Source: an uncultured Gemmatimonadota bacterium (GTDB lineage: Bacteria; JAAXHH01). Taken from it: 64,000 bases of DNA. Made by a program: the position numbers and the translations under genes. This document shows positions 52,116-59,902 of the stretch, one piece after another (position 1 is the stretch's first letter; each line of letters opens with the position of its first letter). The DNA lies in the NCBI GenBank assembly GCA_951812955.1, contig OX638340.1:640001-704000 (forward strand). The letters are read 5' to 3'. Under the pieces are notes generated by a model. That model made no database searches. It was not told where the DNA came from and worked only from the letters and a program-made list of their open reading frames with translations.

Positions 52116-53000
52116 ATGTCCGCGTTTGAAGGTATCCTGCCTGCCATTATTACCCCGATGAACGGCGACGGAAGTTTCAATGAAGAGGCGTTCCGCCGGG
52201 TCATGGAATTCAACATTGGGTCCGGAGTTCAAGGATTCTGGATCGCAGGCGGCACAGGGGAAAGCATACTGCTAAGCGACGAGGAGAACATGCGGATCGC
52301 TTCGGCGGCGGCGGACCAGTCCCAGGGCCGGGTAAACAATATCATGCACGTCGGCGCCGCAACCACGGACCGTGCGGCCAGGCTGGCGGAACATGCCGCG
52401 GGCGCCGGGGTGGAAGCCATTTGCTGCGTGCCCCCTTTCTTCTACGGCAGGACAGACGACGCGATCGCCGAACACTATCGTATCGTGGCCGCGGCGGCGG
52501 ATCTACCCCTGTTCGTCTATAACCTGCCCCAGTCCACGGGCGTTGAGATCACCACCAGCCTGATGCGGAAGATCCAGGAGCGGGTGCCTCAGCTGGCCGG
52601 ACTCAAACATTCCTCGCAGTTCTTTCCCGCCATGCGGAACTTCTCGGCCATGGGGCTCGACTGCCTGGTAGGCAATCACCAGTTGATGCTCCCCGCCTTG
52701 ACGATCGGCGCTACGGGCTGCGTTGACGGTCCGCCCATCGTAACGCCGGAATACTGGGTTGAAATATGGAATGCCTACCAGGCGGGTGATCTCGAACGCG
52801 CAGAAACCGCGCAGGACCGGGCCAGTGGGGTGTGGGCAGCCCTGGGCGCGTGCGGCGGGGAGTTTCACTCCGTGGCCAAGGCGGCGCTCAGCGAGCGCCT
52901 CGGCATCGAGTGCGGCGCGGCGCGGCCGCCGGGCAGGCCCCTATCGATAGAGCAAAGAGAAAAGCTGCGCGGGACCATGGCGAAACTAGGTCTACTGTAA
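52116..53000 (+). CDS. DapA/NAL-family class I aldolase (4-hydroxy-tetrahydrodipicolinate synthase / 2-keto-3-deoxy-sugar-acid aldolase-like)
   Basis: Has the GxxGE motif (IAGGTGESILLS) and a Schiff-base Lys context (GLKHSS). The start at ATG 52116 has a GGAAGGAG Shine-Dalgarno 7 nt upstream (the ORF-track entry begins at the ATG at 52086). Confidence 0.75.
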   Translation: MSAFEGILPAIITPMNGDGSFNEEAFRRVMEFNIGSGVQGFWIAGGTGESILLSDEENMRIASAAADQSQGRVNNIMHVGAATTDRAARLAEHAAGAGVEAICCVPPFFYGRTDDAIAEHYRIVAAAADLPLFVYNLPQSTGVEITTSLMRKIQERVPQLAGLKHSSQFFPAMRNFSAMGLDCLVGNHQLMLPALTIGATGCVDGPPIVTPEYWVEIWNAYQAGDLERAETAQDRASGVWAALGACGGEFHSVAKAALSERLGIECGAARPPGRPLSIEQREKLRGTMAKLGLL

Positions 53001-53030
53001 CAGTCCGTGTATCGAGGATTACAAACAGGA

Positions 53031-54092
53031 CTACCGTTGCGACAGGCGCCGCACGATGTCATCGCCCACATCGACGGTACGCGACGTGCCACCGATATCG
53101 GGCGTGCGGATCCTGGCCTCGCCGAGGTTTTCCGCCACGGCTTTTCGTATGGCCGATCCGGCTTCCGCCTGGCCCAGGAACTCGACCATCATAGCCGCCG
53201 CCAGGATCGTGGCGATGGGGTTGACCTGGCTCTTACCGATCAGTTCGAAGGCCGAACCGTGGACCGGTTCGAACATGGAGGGATGTAAACGTTCGGGGTT
53301 CAGGTTCGCGCTGGGGGCCAGTCCCATGCTGCCAATGGTAATCGCCGAGATATCGGTCAGGATGTCGCCGAAAAGGTTCGAGGCCACCACTACGTCGAAA
53401 TCCTGCGGCCTGCGCACGAAATCCATGGCCGCCGCGTCGATCAGGAGGGATTCGGTCTCGATATCTTCGTATTCCTGCTTCACGTTATCGAACACCTCGT
53501 CCCAGAATACCATGCCGTGACCCTGGGCATTCGACTTCGTAATGGACGTGACCCTGCGCCTTCCTCCGCGCCGCCGCGCTTCTTCGAATGCATACCGGAT
53601 AATCCGTTCCGTGCCGTGCCGGGTGAAAACAGAAGTCTGGACTGCGACCTCCTGGTCGGTCTGGTGATACACGCGGCCCCCAATGTCGGCGTATTCCCCT
53701 TCTGTGTTCTCACGGACGACCACCAGGTCAATGTCCCCGGGTCCCTGGTCCGCCAGGGGGGACCGAACCCCTTCGTACAAATAAGCGGGCCGGACACAGG
53801 CGTACTGGTCGAACCTGCGGCGAATGGGTAGGATCAGGTTGTTCAGGGTAATGTGATCCTGGACTTCCTCATCGCCGACCGCACCGAAGAAAATCGCGTC
53901 GAAAGCAGCCAGTTCATCCAGGCCGTCTTCCGGAATAAACCTGCCCGTACGTTTGTAGCGGTTGGAACTCCAGTCGAACCGGGTAAAACGGAAAGCCGGT
54001 TCGCCCAGCGCTTCGAGCGTCTTTATGCCTTCCTCGATGACTTCGGGGCCTACACCGTCCCCGGCGATCACGGCAATTTCGAAATTTGTCAT
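53031..54092 (-). CDS. Tartrate dehydrogenase / 3-isopropylmalate dehydrogenase family (decarboxylating beta-hydroxyacid dehydrogenase)
   Basis: From Met133 of the ORF-track entry (MTNFEIAVIAGDGVGPEV...). Has the ICDH/IMDH signature NLFGDILTD. The upstream 132 codons of the listed ORF overlap the preceding gene and are not part of the protein. Confidence 0.8.
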   Translation of the reverse strand: MTNFEIAVIAGDGVGPEVIEEGIKTLEALGEPAFRFTRFDWSSNRYKRTGRFIPEDGLDELAAFDAIFFGAVGDEEVQDHITLNNLILPIRRRFDQYACVRPAYLYEGVRSPLADQGPGDIDLVVVRENTEGEYADIGGRVYHQTDQEVAVQTSVFTRHGTERIIRYAFEEARRRGGRRRVTSITKSNAQGHGMVFWDEVFDNVKQEYEDIETESLLIDAAAMDFVRRPQDFDVVVASNLFGDILTDISAITIGSMGLAPSANLNPERLHPSMFEPVHGSAFELIGKSQVNPIATILAAAMMVEFLGQAEAGSAIRKAVAENLGEARIRTPDIGGTSRTVDVGDDIVRRLSQR

Positions 54093-54637
54093 GTTTTGAT
54101 GGTACAATCGTCGCAGATCCACGCGGCCCGTGTCATCCCACCCACCGGGATTTCCGTATCGTAGTCCTGCATTACCGGCACCCGAGTTCTTCCACAGAAG
54201 TCGCATTTGCCCGTCCGCTTGCCTGGCGGGCTTTCCGCCCGTTTCATGGCGACCACATCGCTTTCCCGGTACGGATCCGCGAAACGTCGTGCGAATCCGA
54301 GCACCTGTCGATCCGTTTCTGTTTGCAACGCTCGCCTGACAATGGGTTCGAAGGCGGGATCGGTGGGACAACCTCCGTCTTCCAGCGTATGCCACGCCCG
54401 GCGGCGGACACGGGCGTCCTCGTCCTCCATCATGCGGTAGATCGCCTTCCAGACTTCTTCGTTGCGGTGACGGACGTGGCACGGACACATGTAGGTCGCC
54501 GCCACGATCCGTTCCTCGGGATCCGTGCTCTGGGACAGGCGCAGGAGTTCGGCGATATCTTCCCTGCTCACGCGTTCCTCGCCCGGTTTTCGCCAGGCCT
54601 TCTGATGTCTGTTAAGGCCGGTGTTTCGTTTTGCCAT
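54089..54637 (-). CDS. Hypothetical protein with HEAT/PBS-lyase-like repeats and a C-terminal ClpX-type C4 zinc ribbon
   Basis: 182 aa. The repeats (EERIVAATYMCPCH, DARVRRRAWHTLEDGG) resemble HEAT-like units. The C-terminus KCDFCGRTRV...WICDDCT resembles the ClpX N-terminal zinc-binding motif (CSFCGK...ICDEC). It is translationally coupled (ATGA) to the dehydrogenase gene. Confidence 0.4.
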   Translation of the reverse strand: MAKRNTGLNRHQKAWRKPGEERVSREDIAELLRLSQSTDPEERIVAATYMCPCHVRHRNEEVWKAIYRMMEDEDARVRRRAWHTLEDGGCPTDPAFEPIVRRALQTETDRQVLGFARRFADPYRESDVVAMKRAESPPGKRTGKCDFCGRTRVPVMQDYDTEIPVGGMTRAAWICDDCTIKT

Positions 54638-54650
54638 GGTTTTAAGCGAC

Positions 54651-55556
54651 CTATAGCTGATGCACGGGATTGGAGAGCACGCCGATCTGGGGAGAGGAAA
54701 TTACTACGATGTCATCCTCCTTCAGTCCCAGGTCGTTCGGTATGATAATGCCCGTCCCCGTGGAAACGACGGTACCCGCCGGAATGAGATTGTCCCGGTA
54801 GAGGTATTCGTTCAACTCGTCGAAGCCGCGCGCCAATTGCGACGTGTTGGCCTCCCCTTCGAACACGACGGCGTCGTCCCGCAGTATCCGGCAGTGAATG
54901 TCGATGTCGTAAGGATCGTCGATCGCATCCGCTGTGACGAGCGTGGGGCCGAGCGCGCAACAGCCCTGGTATATCTTGGACTGGTTCAGATAAAGGGGAT
55001 TCTCCTTCTCGATATCCCAGGCCGAAACGTCGTTGCACAGGGTGTAGCCGATTATCTCGCCTTCTTCGCCCAGTACGTAGGCCAATTCGGGCTCGGTTGC
55101 GGTGAACTTCGAGTCACTGCGCACGCAAATAGGCGCGTTCGGTCCCGAACACCGGGAAGCGGTGGCCTTGAAGAACGATTCCGGCCGGTCGGAATTGTAC
55201 ACCTGGTCATAGATGGTCTGTTGGGCGTCGTCGTCTCTGAACTCTGCGCTCCGTTTGTAGGTAACGCCGAAGCCCCATACCTCGGGCGCGAATACCGGGA
55301 CCATCAGGTGCGGTACGCCTACGTCCGGCGTGACATCGATCGATTCGTAGGTGAACCCGGTCAACTGGCCTTCATAGTCCTGCACGGCGCGATCGACGAG
55401 TTCGGACAGTGAAAGGCGCGCGACTCCGGATACGTGCATGAGGTCGTTGACGGTCTCCACCTCCGGCATAATCTCCGTGAGGTCGATGACATGATCGTCC
55501 TGGACGATACCCAGACCGGAATCCTGGCCGGGTTCATAGAATTGAACCAGTCTCAT
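54651..55556 (-). CDS. Fumarylacetoacetate hydrolase (FAH)-family protein (2-keto-4-pentenoate hydratase / oxaloacetate decarboxylase-like)
   Basis: From MRLVQFYEPGQ... Has FAH-fold metal-binding acidic residues (TEPELAYVLGEEGEIIGYTLCNDVSAWDIE). An alternative Met lies at 55583. Confidence 0.75.
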   Translation of the reverse strand: MRLVQFYEPGQDSGLGIVQDDHVIDLTEIMPEVETVNDLMHVSGVARLSLSELVDRAVQDYEGQLTGFTYESIDVTPDVGVPHLMVPVFAPEVWGFGVTYKRSAEFRDDDAQQTIYDQVYNSDRPESFFKATASRCSGPNAPICVRSDSKFTATEPELAYVLGEEGEIIGYTLCNDVSAWDIEKENPLYLNQSKIYQGCCALGPTLVTADAIDDPYDIDIHCRILRDDAVVFEGEANTSQLARGFDELNEYLYRDNLIPAGTVVSTGTGIIIPNDLGLKEDDIVVISSPQIGVLSNPVHQL

Positions 55557-55726
55557 TCGCTTCTTCCCCGTATTGGTCAGCAACGTTGCATTGGATTCAT
55601 GCCTGTAAATGGCTCAGCTAAAGATAGGATGCAGGCGCCACGTGTAAAGGGGATTTTAAACCAGGTCCCATGAGGATATACGGGGTTAGTGCTTGATCGA
55701 GGAGTCGGCGCGCGTTACTTTTTGCG

Positions 55727-56614
55727 ATGGTGTTATTTGTTGAAGCGGGAAGGGCTGGACGGTGTACATTACTGCGTCCCAGCCGTACCTACAGGTGGCG
55801 CAAACAGCAAACACAGAAAGCGTACCGAGTGACCTACTTGATCCGGACCGCCGTCGTCATGCTCTTGTTGACCGTCATGATCGCCGTGGCTCTGCCAACG
55901 GCCCGTGGACAACGTACGCCCGATTCTCCCGTAACGAGCTGGCGCAAACTCGAAACGCGGATGACAGACAATTGCGCCCTCTGTCACCAGCGCCTGGGCG
56001 AACCCCTCGCCAAACAGGTCGCGCAATGGCAGGGGAGCATCCATGCGTGGCGCGGAGTTTTCTGCGACACGTGCCACGGGGGCGATCCCACCAGCACCAT
56101 CCTCACCGTGGCCATGGGCGAGCAGAATGGGTTCATGGACGCGCCGCTGCCCGAGGCCATACCCGATGACTGCGGACGCTGTCACCCGGAAGCGCTGGAA
56201 AGCTTCTGGGAAAGCGCCCACGGGGACCTGTTCGAGGCCAATGACTTCGAACCCGGATGCGTCACCTGCCACGACAGTCACGACGTGAAGGAAGTGCATA
56301 TCGACATGGTATCGATCACCGCGCCTTGCGGCGAATGCCACGACCAGGACTATATCGACGAGGTCCGCAACCCCCTGGTCGACACGGACGGAAGATTAGA
56401 ACGGCTCTACGGCCAGATCCTGGCGATGCCAGGGGACAACCCCAACGCGCCCTACCTCCGCAACCGTCTCATCCGCGTCCGCAAGCAGTTCCGTGGCCTG
56501 GCCCACTACCTGGCCACCAACACCATTGTCACCAAGCGGCAGGCTATCGACCGGGAACTCGACTACATCGAATTCATGCTGCATTTCGATGACAACACCG
56601 TCGAAGGCAAGTAG
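55727..56614 (+). CDS. Pentaheme c-type cytochrome (five CxxCH motifs) with an N-terminal signal/anchor
   Basis: The CxxCH motifs are CALCH, CDTCH, CGRCH, CVTCH and CGECH. A hydrophobic segment (VVMLLLTVMIAVALPTARG) follows a basic N-region. The start is uncertain: ATG at 55727 or internal Met at 55859. Confidence 0.7.
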   Translation: MVLFVEAGRAGRCTLLRPSRTYRWRKQQTQKAYRVTYLIRTAVVMLLLTVMIAVALPTARGQRTPDSPVTSWRKLETRMTDNCALCHQRLGEPLAKQVAQWQGSIHAWRGVFCDTCHGGDPTSTILTVAMGEQNGFMDAPLPEAIPDDCGRCHPEALESFWESAHGDLFEANDFEPGCVTCHDSHDVKEVHIDMVSITAPCGECHDQDYIDEVRNPLVDTDGRLERLYGQILAMPGDNPNAPYLRNRLIRVRKQFRGLAHYLATNTIVTKRQAIDRELDYIEFMLHFDDNTVEGK

Positions 56615-56693
56615 CTACAAGACCGCGTATAACCCGCTTTATTACCCCCGTTTACAGCTCTGCCGGGTTTTCCTTCCATACGGGTAATTTTTG

Positions 56694-56723
56694 TTGACAT
56701 CGAACGTGGCCATCGCTAATATT
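56694..56723 (+). promoter_or_regulatory. Consensus-like sigma70 promoter (TTGACA-17 nt-TAATAT) about 25 nt upstream of tRNA-Phe
   Basis: Seen directly: TTGACAtcgaacgtggccatcgcTAATAT. A second TTGACA follows at 56722. Confidence 0.35.
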
Positions 56724-56746
56724 GACAGGCTTTGCGAGGTAAGGTT

Positions 56747-56819
56747 GCCGAGGTAGCTCAGGCGGTAGAGCAGTGGACTGAAAATCCATGTGTCGACAGT
56801 TCGACTCTGTCCCTCGGCA
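56747..56819 (+). tRNA. tRNA-Phe (anticodon GAA), 73 nt, CCA not encoded
   Basis: The sequence is GCCGAGGTAGCTCAGGCGGTAGAGCAGTGGACTGAAAATCCATGTGTCGACAGTTCGACTCTGTCCCTCGGCA. A 7-bp acceptor stem (GCCGAGG/CCTCGGC) is followed by an A discriminator. It has a D-arm (GCTCAGGCGGTAGAGC) and an anticodon loop cTGAAaa. The T-arm is GACAGTTCGACTCTGTC. Confidence 0.85.
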
Positions 56820-57302
56820 TTTCATTTCATATTCAAATAGTCGACTGTCGTGGCAATCTTGGCCCGTGTATCCCACGCCGAGGCGCCAGCAGCTTTAGAA
56901 AGCTCAGGCGCGCCACCAAAGCCACCGCTGCCTGGAAATCCTGGGATGGCCCCAGCCACCCCCGATGTGCTGGCACGGATTGCATCCCCATCGTACCTCC
57001 CGTCCGTTCTTCCATACTGCCACTGGTATTTCCGCGGACAACCGCCTGCATGCTGCATCATCCCGCAGACCGGTTACCTCGAAATCACAGCCTGTTTGAC
57101 AACGGCGCCGCCCGGTCGATAGGCGGCAAAAAGCGAGGCGGCCGCGTCGGCTCGAAATGCGAAGCACAATTCTTTCGCAACGTTTCAGGTAAACCAGGGG
57201 TCAAACAACAGATCGCCATAATCAAGCAAATGACAACAGACACAAACCAGTTCATCCGCTGACGCTCCAAGACACCCATTTCCCTGAACCCAAGGCGCAA
57301 TC

Positions 57303-59723
57303 ATGTTCCGAAATTACCTCAAGATCATCCAACGAAACACCCTGCGCCAAAAGGGATACGCCGTGATCAACGTCCTTGGTCTCGCGGTGGGGATGGCCAG
57401 TTGCATCCTGATCATGCTCTATGTACAGGATGAACTCGGTTATGACCGGTACGCGGCGCGGCACGACCGGATCTATAGGCTTGCCATGTCGATAGAGACG
57501 GCGGACAGAGCGGAAACCAGGACCGCGCGGAGCCCGGCAGCCTGGGGATGGATGCTGGCCGACTCCTTCCCGGATGTCGAAGGATACGCCCGGGTAAAAG
57601 CACCGCTGGTCTCCTGGCAGGTCACCTACGTGGAGGGCAACAAACGGTTCAACGAACCGGGATTCTATTTCGCGGATCACGGCATACTGGATATGTTCGA
57701 TTTCGAACTGGTACGCGGCGATGCGAACACGGCCTTGAATGCCCCCAATACGGTGGTGATTACCGAAACCACGGCGGCAAGGTACTTCGGACGGGACGAA
57801 GCACTGGGCAAAGTGATTCGGATCGATAACACGTACGACCTGACCGTTACCGGCGTAATGCAAGACGTACCGCGCAATTCCCATATGACGTTCAGTTTCC
57901 TGGGGTCCTTCGAAACGCTCAACGTGAACCCGATTTACGGTGGGCTGGATTACGGCCGGAATACCCAGAACTTCGCCCCGGACCTGTACACCTATCTGCT
58001 GCTAGCCGACGGTTACACGCCGGATTCCCTCGAACCGAAACTGGCGGAGTTTGTAGAAACGCGCTACGGACCGGCCCTGCGGCAGTTCAACGCGCAAATC
58101 AAGGCCAGTCTTCAGCCACTGACCAGCATTCACCTGCATTCGAACCTCGACGGGGAACTGGGCGCGAACAGCGACATCGCTTACATCTACATCTTCACGG
58201 CCGTTGCTTTCTTTCTACTGTTGATCGCCTGCATCAACTTCATGAACCTCGCGACGGCCCGCTCCGCCGGGCGAGCCAGGGAGGTAGGTATCCGCAAGGT
58301 ATTGGGGGCGTACCGCGTTCAGTTGATCGGTCAGTTCATGGGTGAATCCACGATCATGGCGTTGCTTTCATTGGCCGTGGCCGCGGGACTGGTCCTTGCG
58401 TTTCTGCCGGCGTTCAACACCCTGGCCGGCAAGGAACTGATCTTTGCCTTCGACGATATGCGCACGGTATTCGGCCTGCTCGGAATCGTTGTGCTGGCCG
58501 GTGCACTGGCCGGCAGCTATCCGGCACTGTTCCTGTCTTCATTCCAACCGGTCTCCGTGCTGAAGGGCTCTTCCAGGGCGGGTGCGGTGAATACGAACCT
58601 TCGGAAGATACTGGTCGTACTGCAATTCGTAATATCGGTCATGTTCATCATCGGCACGGGCGTGGTAGCAGACCAGATGCGGTTCGTGCAGGACAAGCAC
58701 CTTGGATTCGAGAAAGAACAACTGGTGGTCATGCCGCTCGGAGACCCCAGGCAACGCGTGATCTACAATGCCTACAAGGACAGGATCGCCGACTATCCCA
58801 ACGTATTGGGCGTTACGGTGGCCAACGAATTGCCGGGCGGCCTGGTGAACGACATCCTGTTTACTCCGGACGGCGCTCCGGAAGAGGAATCGGTCCGCAT
58901 CAACAACATGTGGATCGACCACGACTTCATCCGCACGATGGGCGTTGAACTCGCGGAGGGGCGCGATTTCTCCAGATCCTTCCCCGCGGATACGATGCAG
59001 TCTTTCGTGATTAACGAGGCCGCCGTAAAATGGCTCGGTTGGGTAGACGCTCCGATCAACAAGAGAGTCCGCCTCGGAAACTTCAAAGATGGGCGGGTCA
59101 TCGGTGTTGTGCGAGACTTCCATGTGCGGTCACTGCACAGCGACATCGAACCGATGATGCTGCAGCTGCCGCCCAGTCCGGACCCGTACCATTATCTCGC
59201 CGTGCGGATTGCACCGGATGACGTGGCCGGAACCATGGGATTCCTGGAAGGCAGCTGGCGCGAGATCTATCCGGACGACTCGTTTACCTATTCGTTTCTT
59301 GACGCGGACTTCGACAGTCTGTATCAGAATGAAGCACGGCAGGGACGCATCTTCCGGAGTTTCTCCCTGCTGGCCGTTTTCATCGCGTGCCTTGGTCTGC
59401 TGGGACTTGCCTCCTTCACCGCGGAACAGCGAACCCGGGAAATCGGCGTGCGGAAAGTGCTGGGCGCGACCGCATCCGGCATCGTCGCGCTGGTTTCGAA
59501 AGAATATGTCAAACTGGTCGTGTACGCCAACTTGATCGCCTGGCCTGTTGCCTACTATGTGATGAACGGCTGGCTCGACAGCTTCGCTTACAGTACGGGC
59601 CTTTCACCCTGGGTTTTCGTGCTCGCCGCGGCGCTTGCGATAGCCGTTACGATGCTGACGGTAAGCTACAAGGCCATCAGCGTCGCCCACACCGATCCCG
59701 TGGACGCGTTGCAACACGAATGA
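57303..59723 (+). CDS. FtsX-like ABC transporter permease with two FtsX/MacB-type domains and large periplasmic domains (YbbP/MacB-like). No cognate ATPase is adjacent.
   Basis: 806 aa. There are two copies of the four-TM FtsX permease module (…FMNLATARSAGRAREVGIRKVLGA… and …EQRTREIGVRKVLGA…), each preceded by a MacB-PCD-like extracytoplasmic domain. Confidence 0.8.
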   Translation: MFRNYLKIIQRNTLRQKGYAVINVLGLAVGMASCILIMLYVQDELGYDRYAARHDRIYRLAMSIETADRAETRTARSPAAWGWMLADSFPDVEGYARVKAPLVSWQVTYVEGNKRFNEPGFYFADHGILDMFDFELVRGDANTALNAPNTVVITETTAARYFGRDEALGKVIRIDNTYDLTVTGVMQDVPRNSHMTFSFLGSFETLNVNPIYGGLDYGRNTQNFAPDLYTYLLLADGYTPDSLEPKLAEFVETRYGPALRQFNAQIKASLQPLTSIHLHSNLDGELGANSDIAYIYIFTAVAFFLLLIACINFMNLATARSAGRAREVGIRKVLGAYRVQLIGQFMGESTIMALLSLAVAAGLVLAFLPAFNTLAGKELIFAFDDMRTVFGLLGIVVLAGALAGSYPALFLSSFQPVSVLKGSSRAGAVNTNLRKILVVLQFVISVMFIIGTGVVADQMRFVQDKHLGFEKEQLVVMPLGDPRQRVIYNAYKDRIADYPNVLGVTVANELPGGLVNDILFTPDGAPEEESVRINNMWIDHDFIRTMGVELAEGRDFSRSFPADTMQSFVINEAAVKWLGWVDAPINKRVRLGNFKDGRVIGVVRDFHVRSLHSDIEPMMLQLPPSPDPYHYLAVRIAPDDVAGTMGFLEGSWREIYPDDSFTYSFLDADFDSLYQNEARQGRIFRSFSLLAVFIACLGLLGLASFTAEQRTREIGVRKVLGATASGIVALVSKEYVKLVVYANLIAWPVAYYVMNGWLDSFAYSTGLSPWVFVLAAALAIAVTMLTVSYKAISVAHTDPVDALQHE

Positions 59724-59902
59724 GCCGTCGGCGCCCCGCTTGGATTTCTGGTTTGACGACCTCCCCTTGCAACTGTAGATTCCATCGTCTCGAAGGTATA
59801 AAGTGCGGGCAAGCATCACCGTAACTTCATGCGACCATTAAGTCGCGCATCGCGGCGCATCGCGCAGATCTGCCGTGCCGCCCGGGAAAGACAGCGCTGA
59901 TC

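Noticed and set aside
51820-52232. Minus-strand ORFs (83 and 117 aa) spanning the duplicated 57-bp element, giving a repeated peptide CSLSRHASRRRLQGKVC
   Set aside because: The apparent protein repeat is simply the translation of the DNA direct repeat. The ORFs overlap the aldolase start and have no coding signatures.
56943-56965. Sigma-54-like promoter candidate cTGGCACGgatTGCATc downstream of tRNA-Phe
   Set aside because: The spacing between the GG and GC dinucleotides is 8 nt rather than the strictly required 10 nt, so it does not fit the -24/-12 architecture.
57085-57300. 71-aa minus-strand ORF with one hydrophobic segment (WFVSVVICLIMAICCL) in the post-tRNA non-coding gap
   Set aside because: Its start abuts and diverges from the FtsX permease start codon. 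It has a Pro/Arg-rich tail with no Shine-Dalgarno or family resemblance, so it is most likely a chance ORF.
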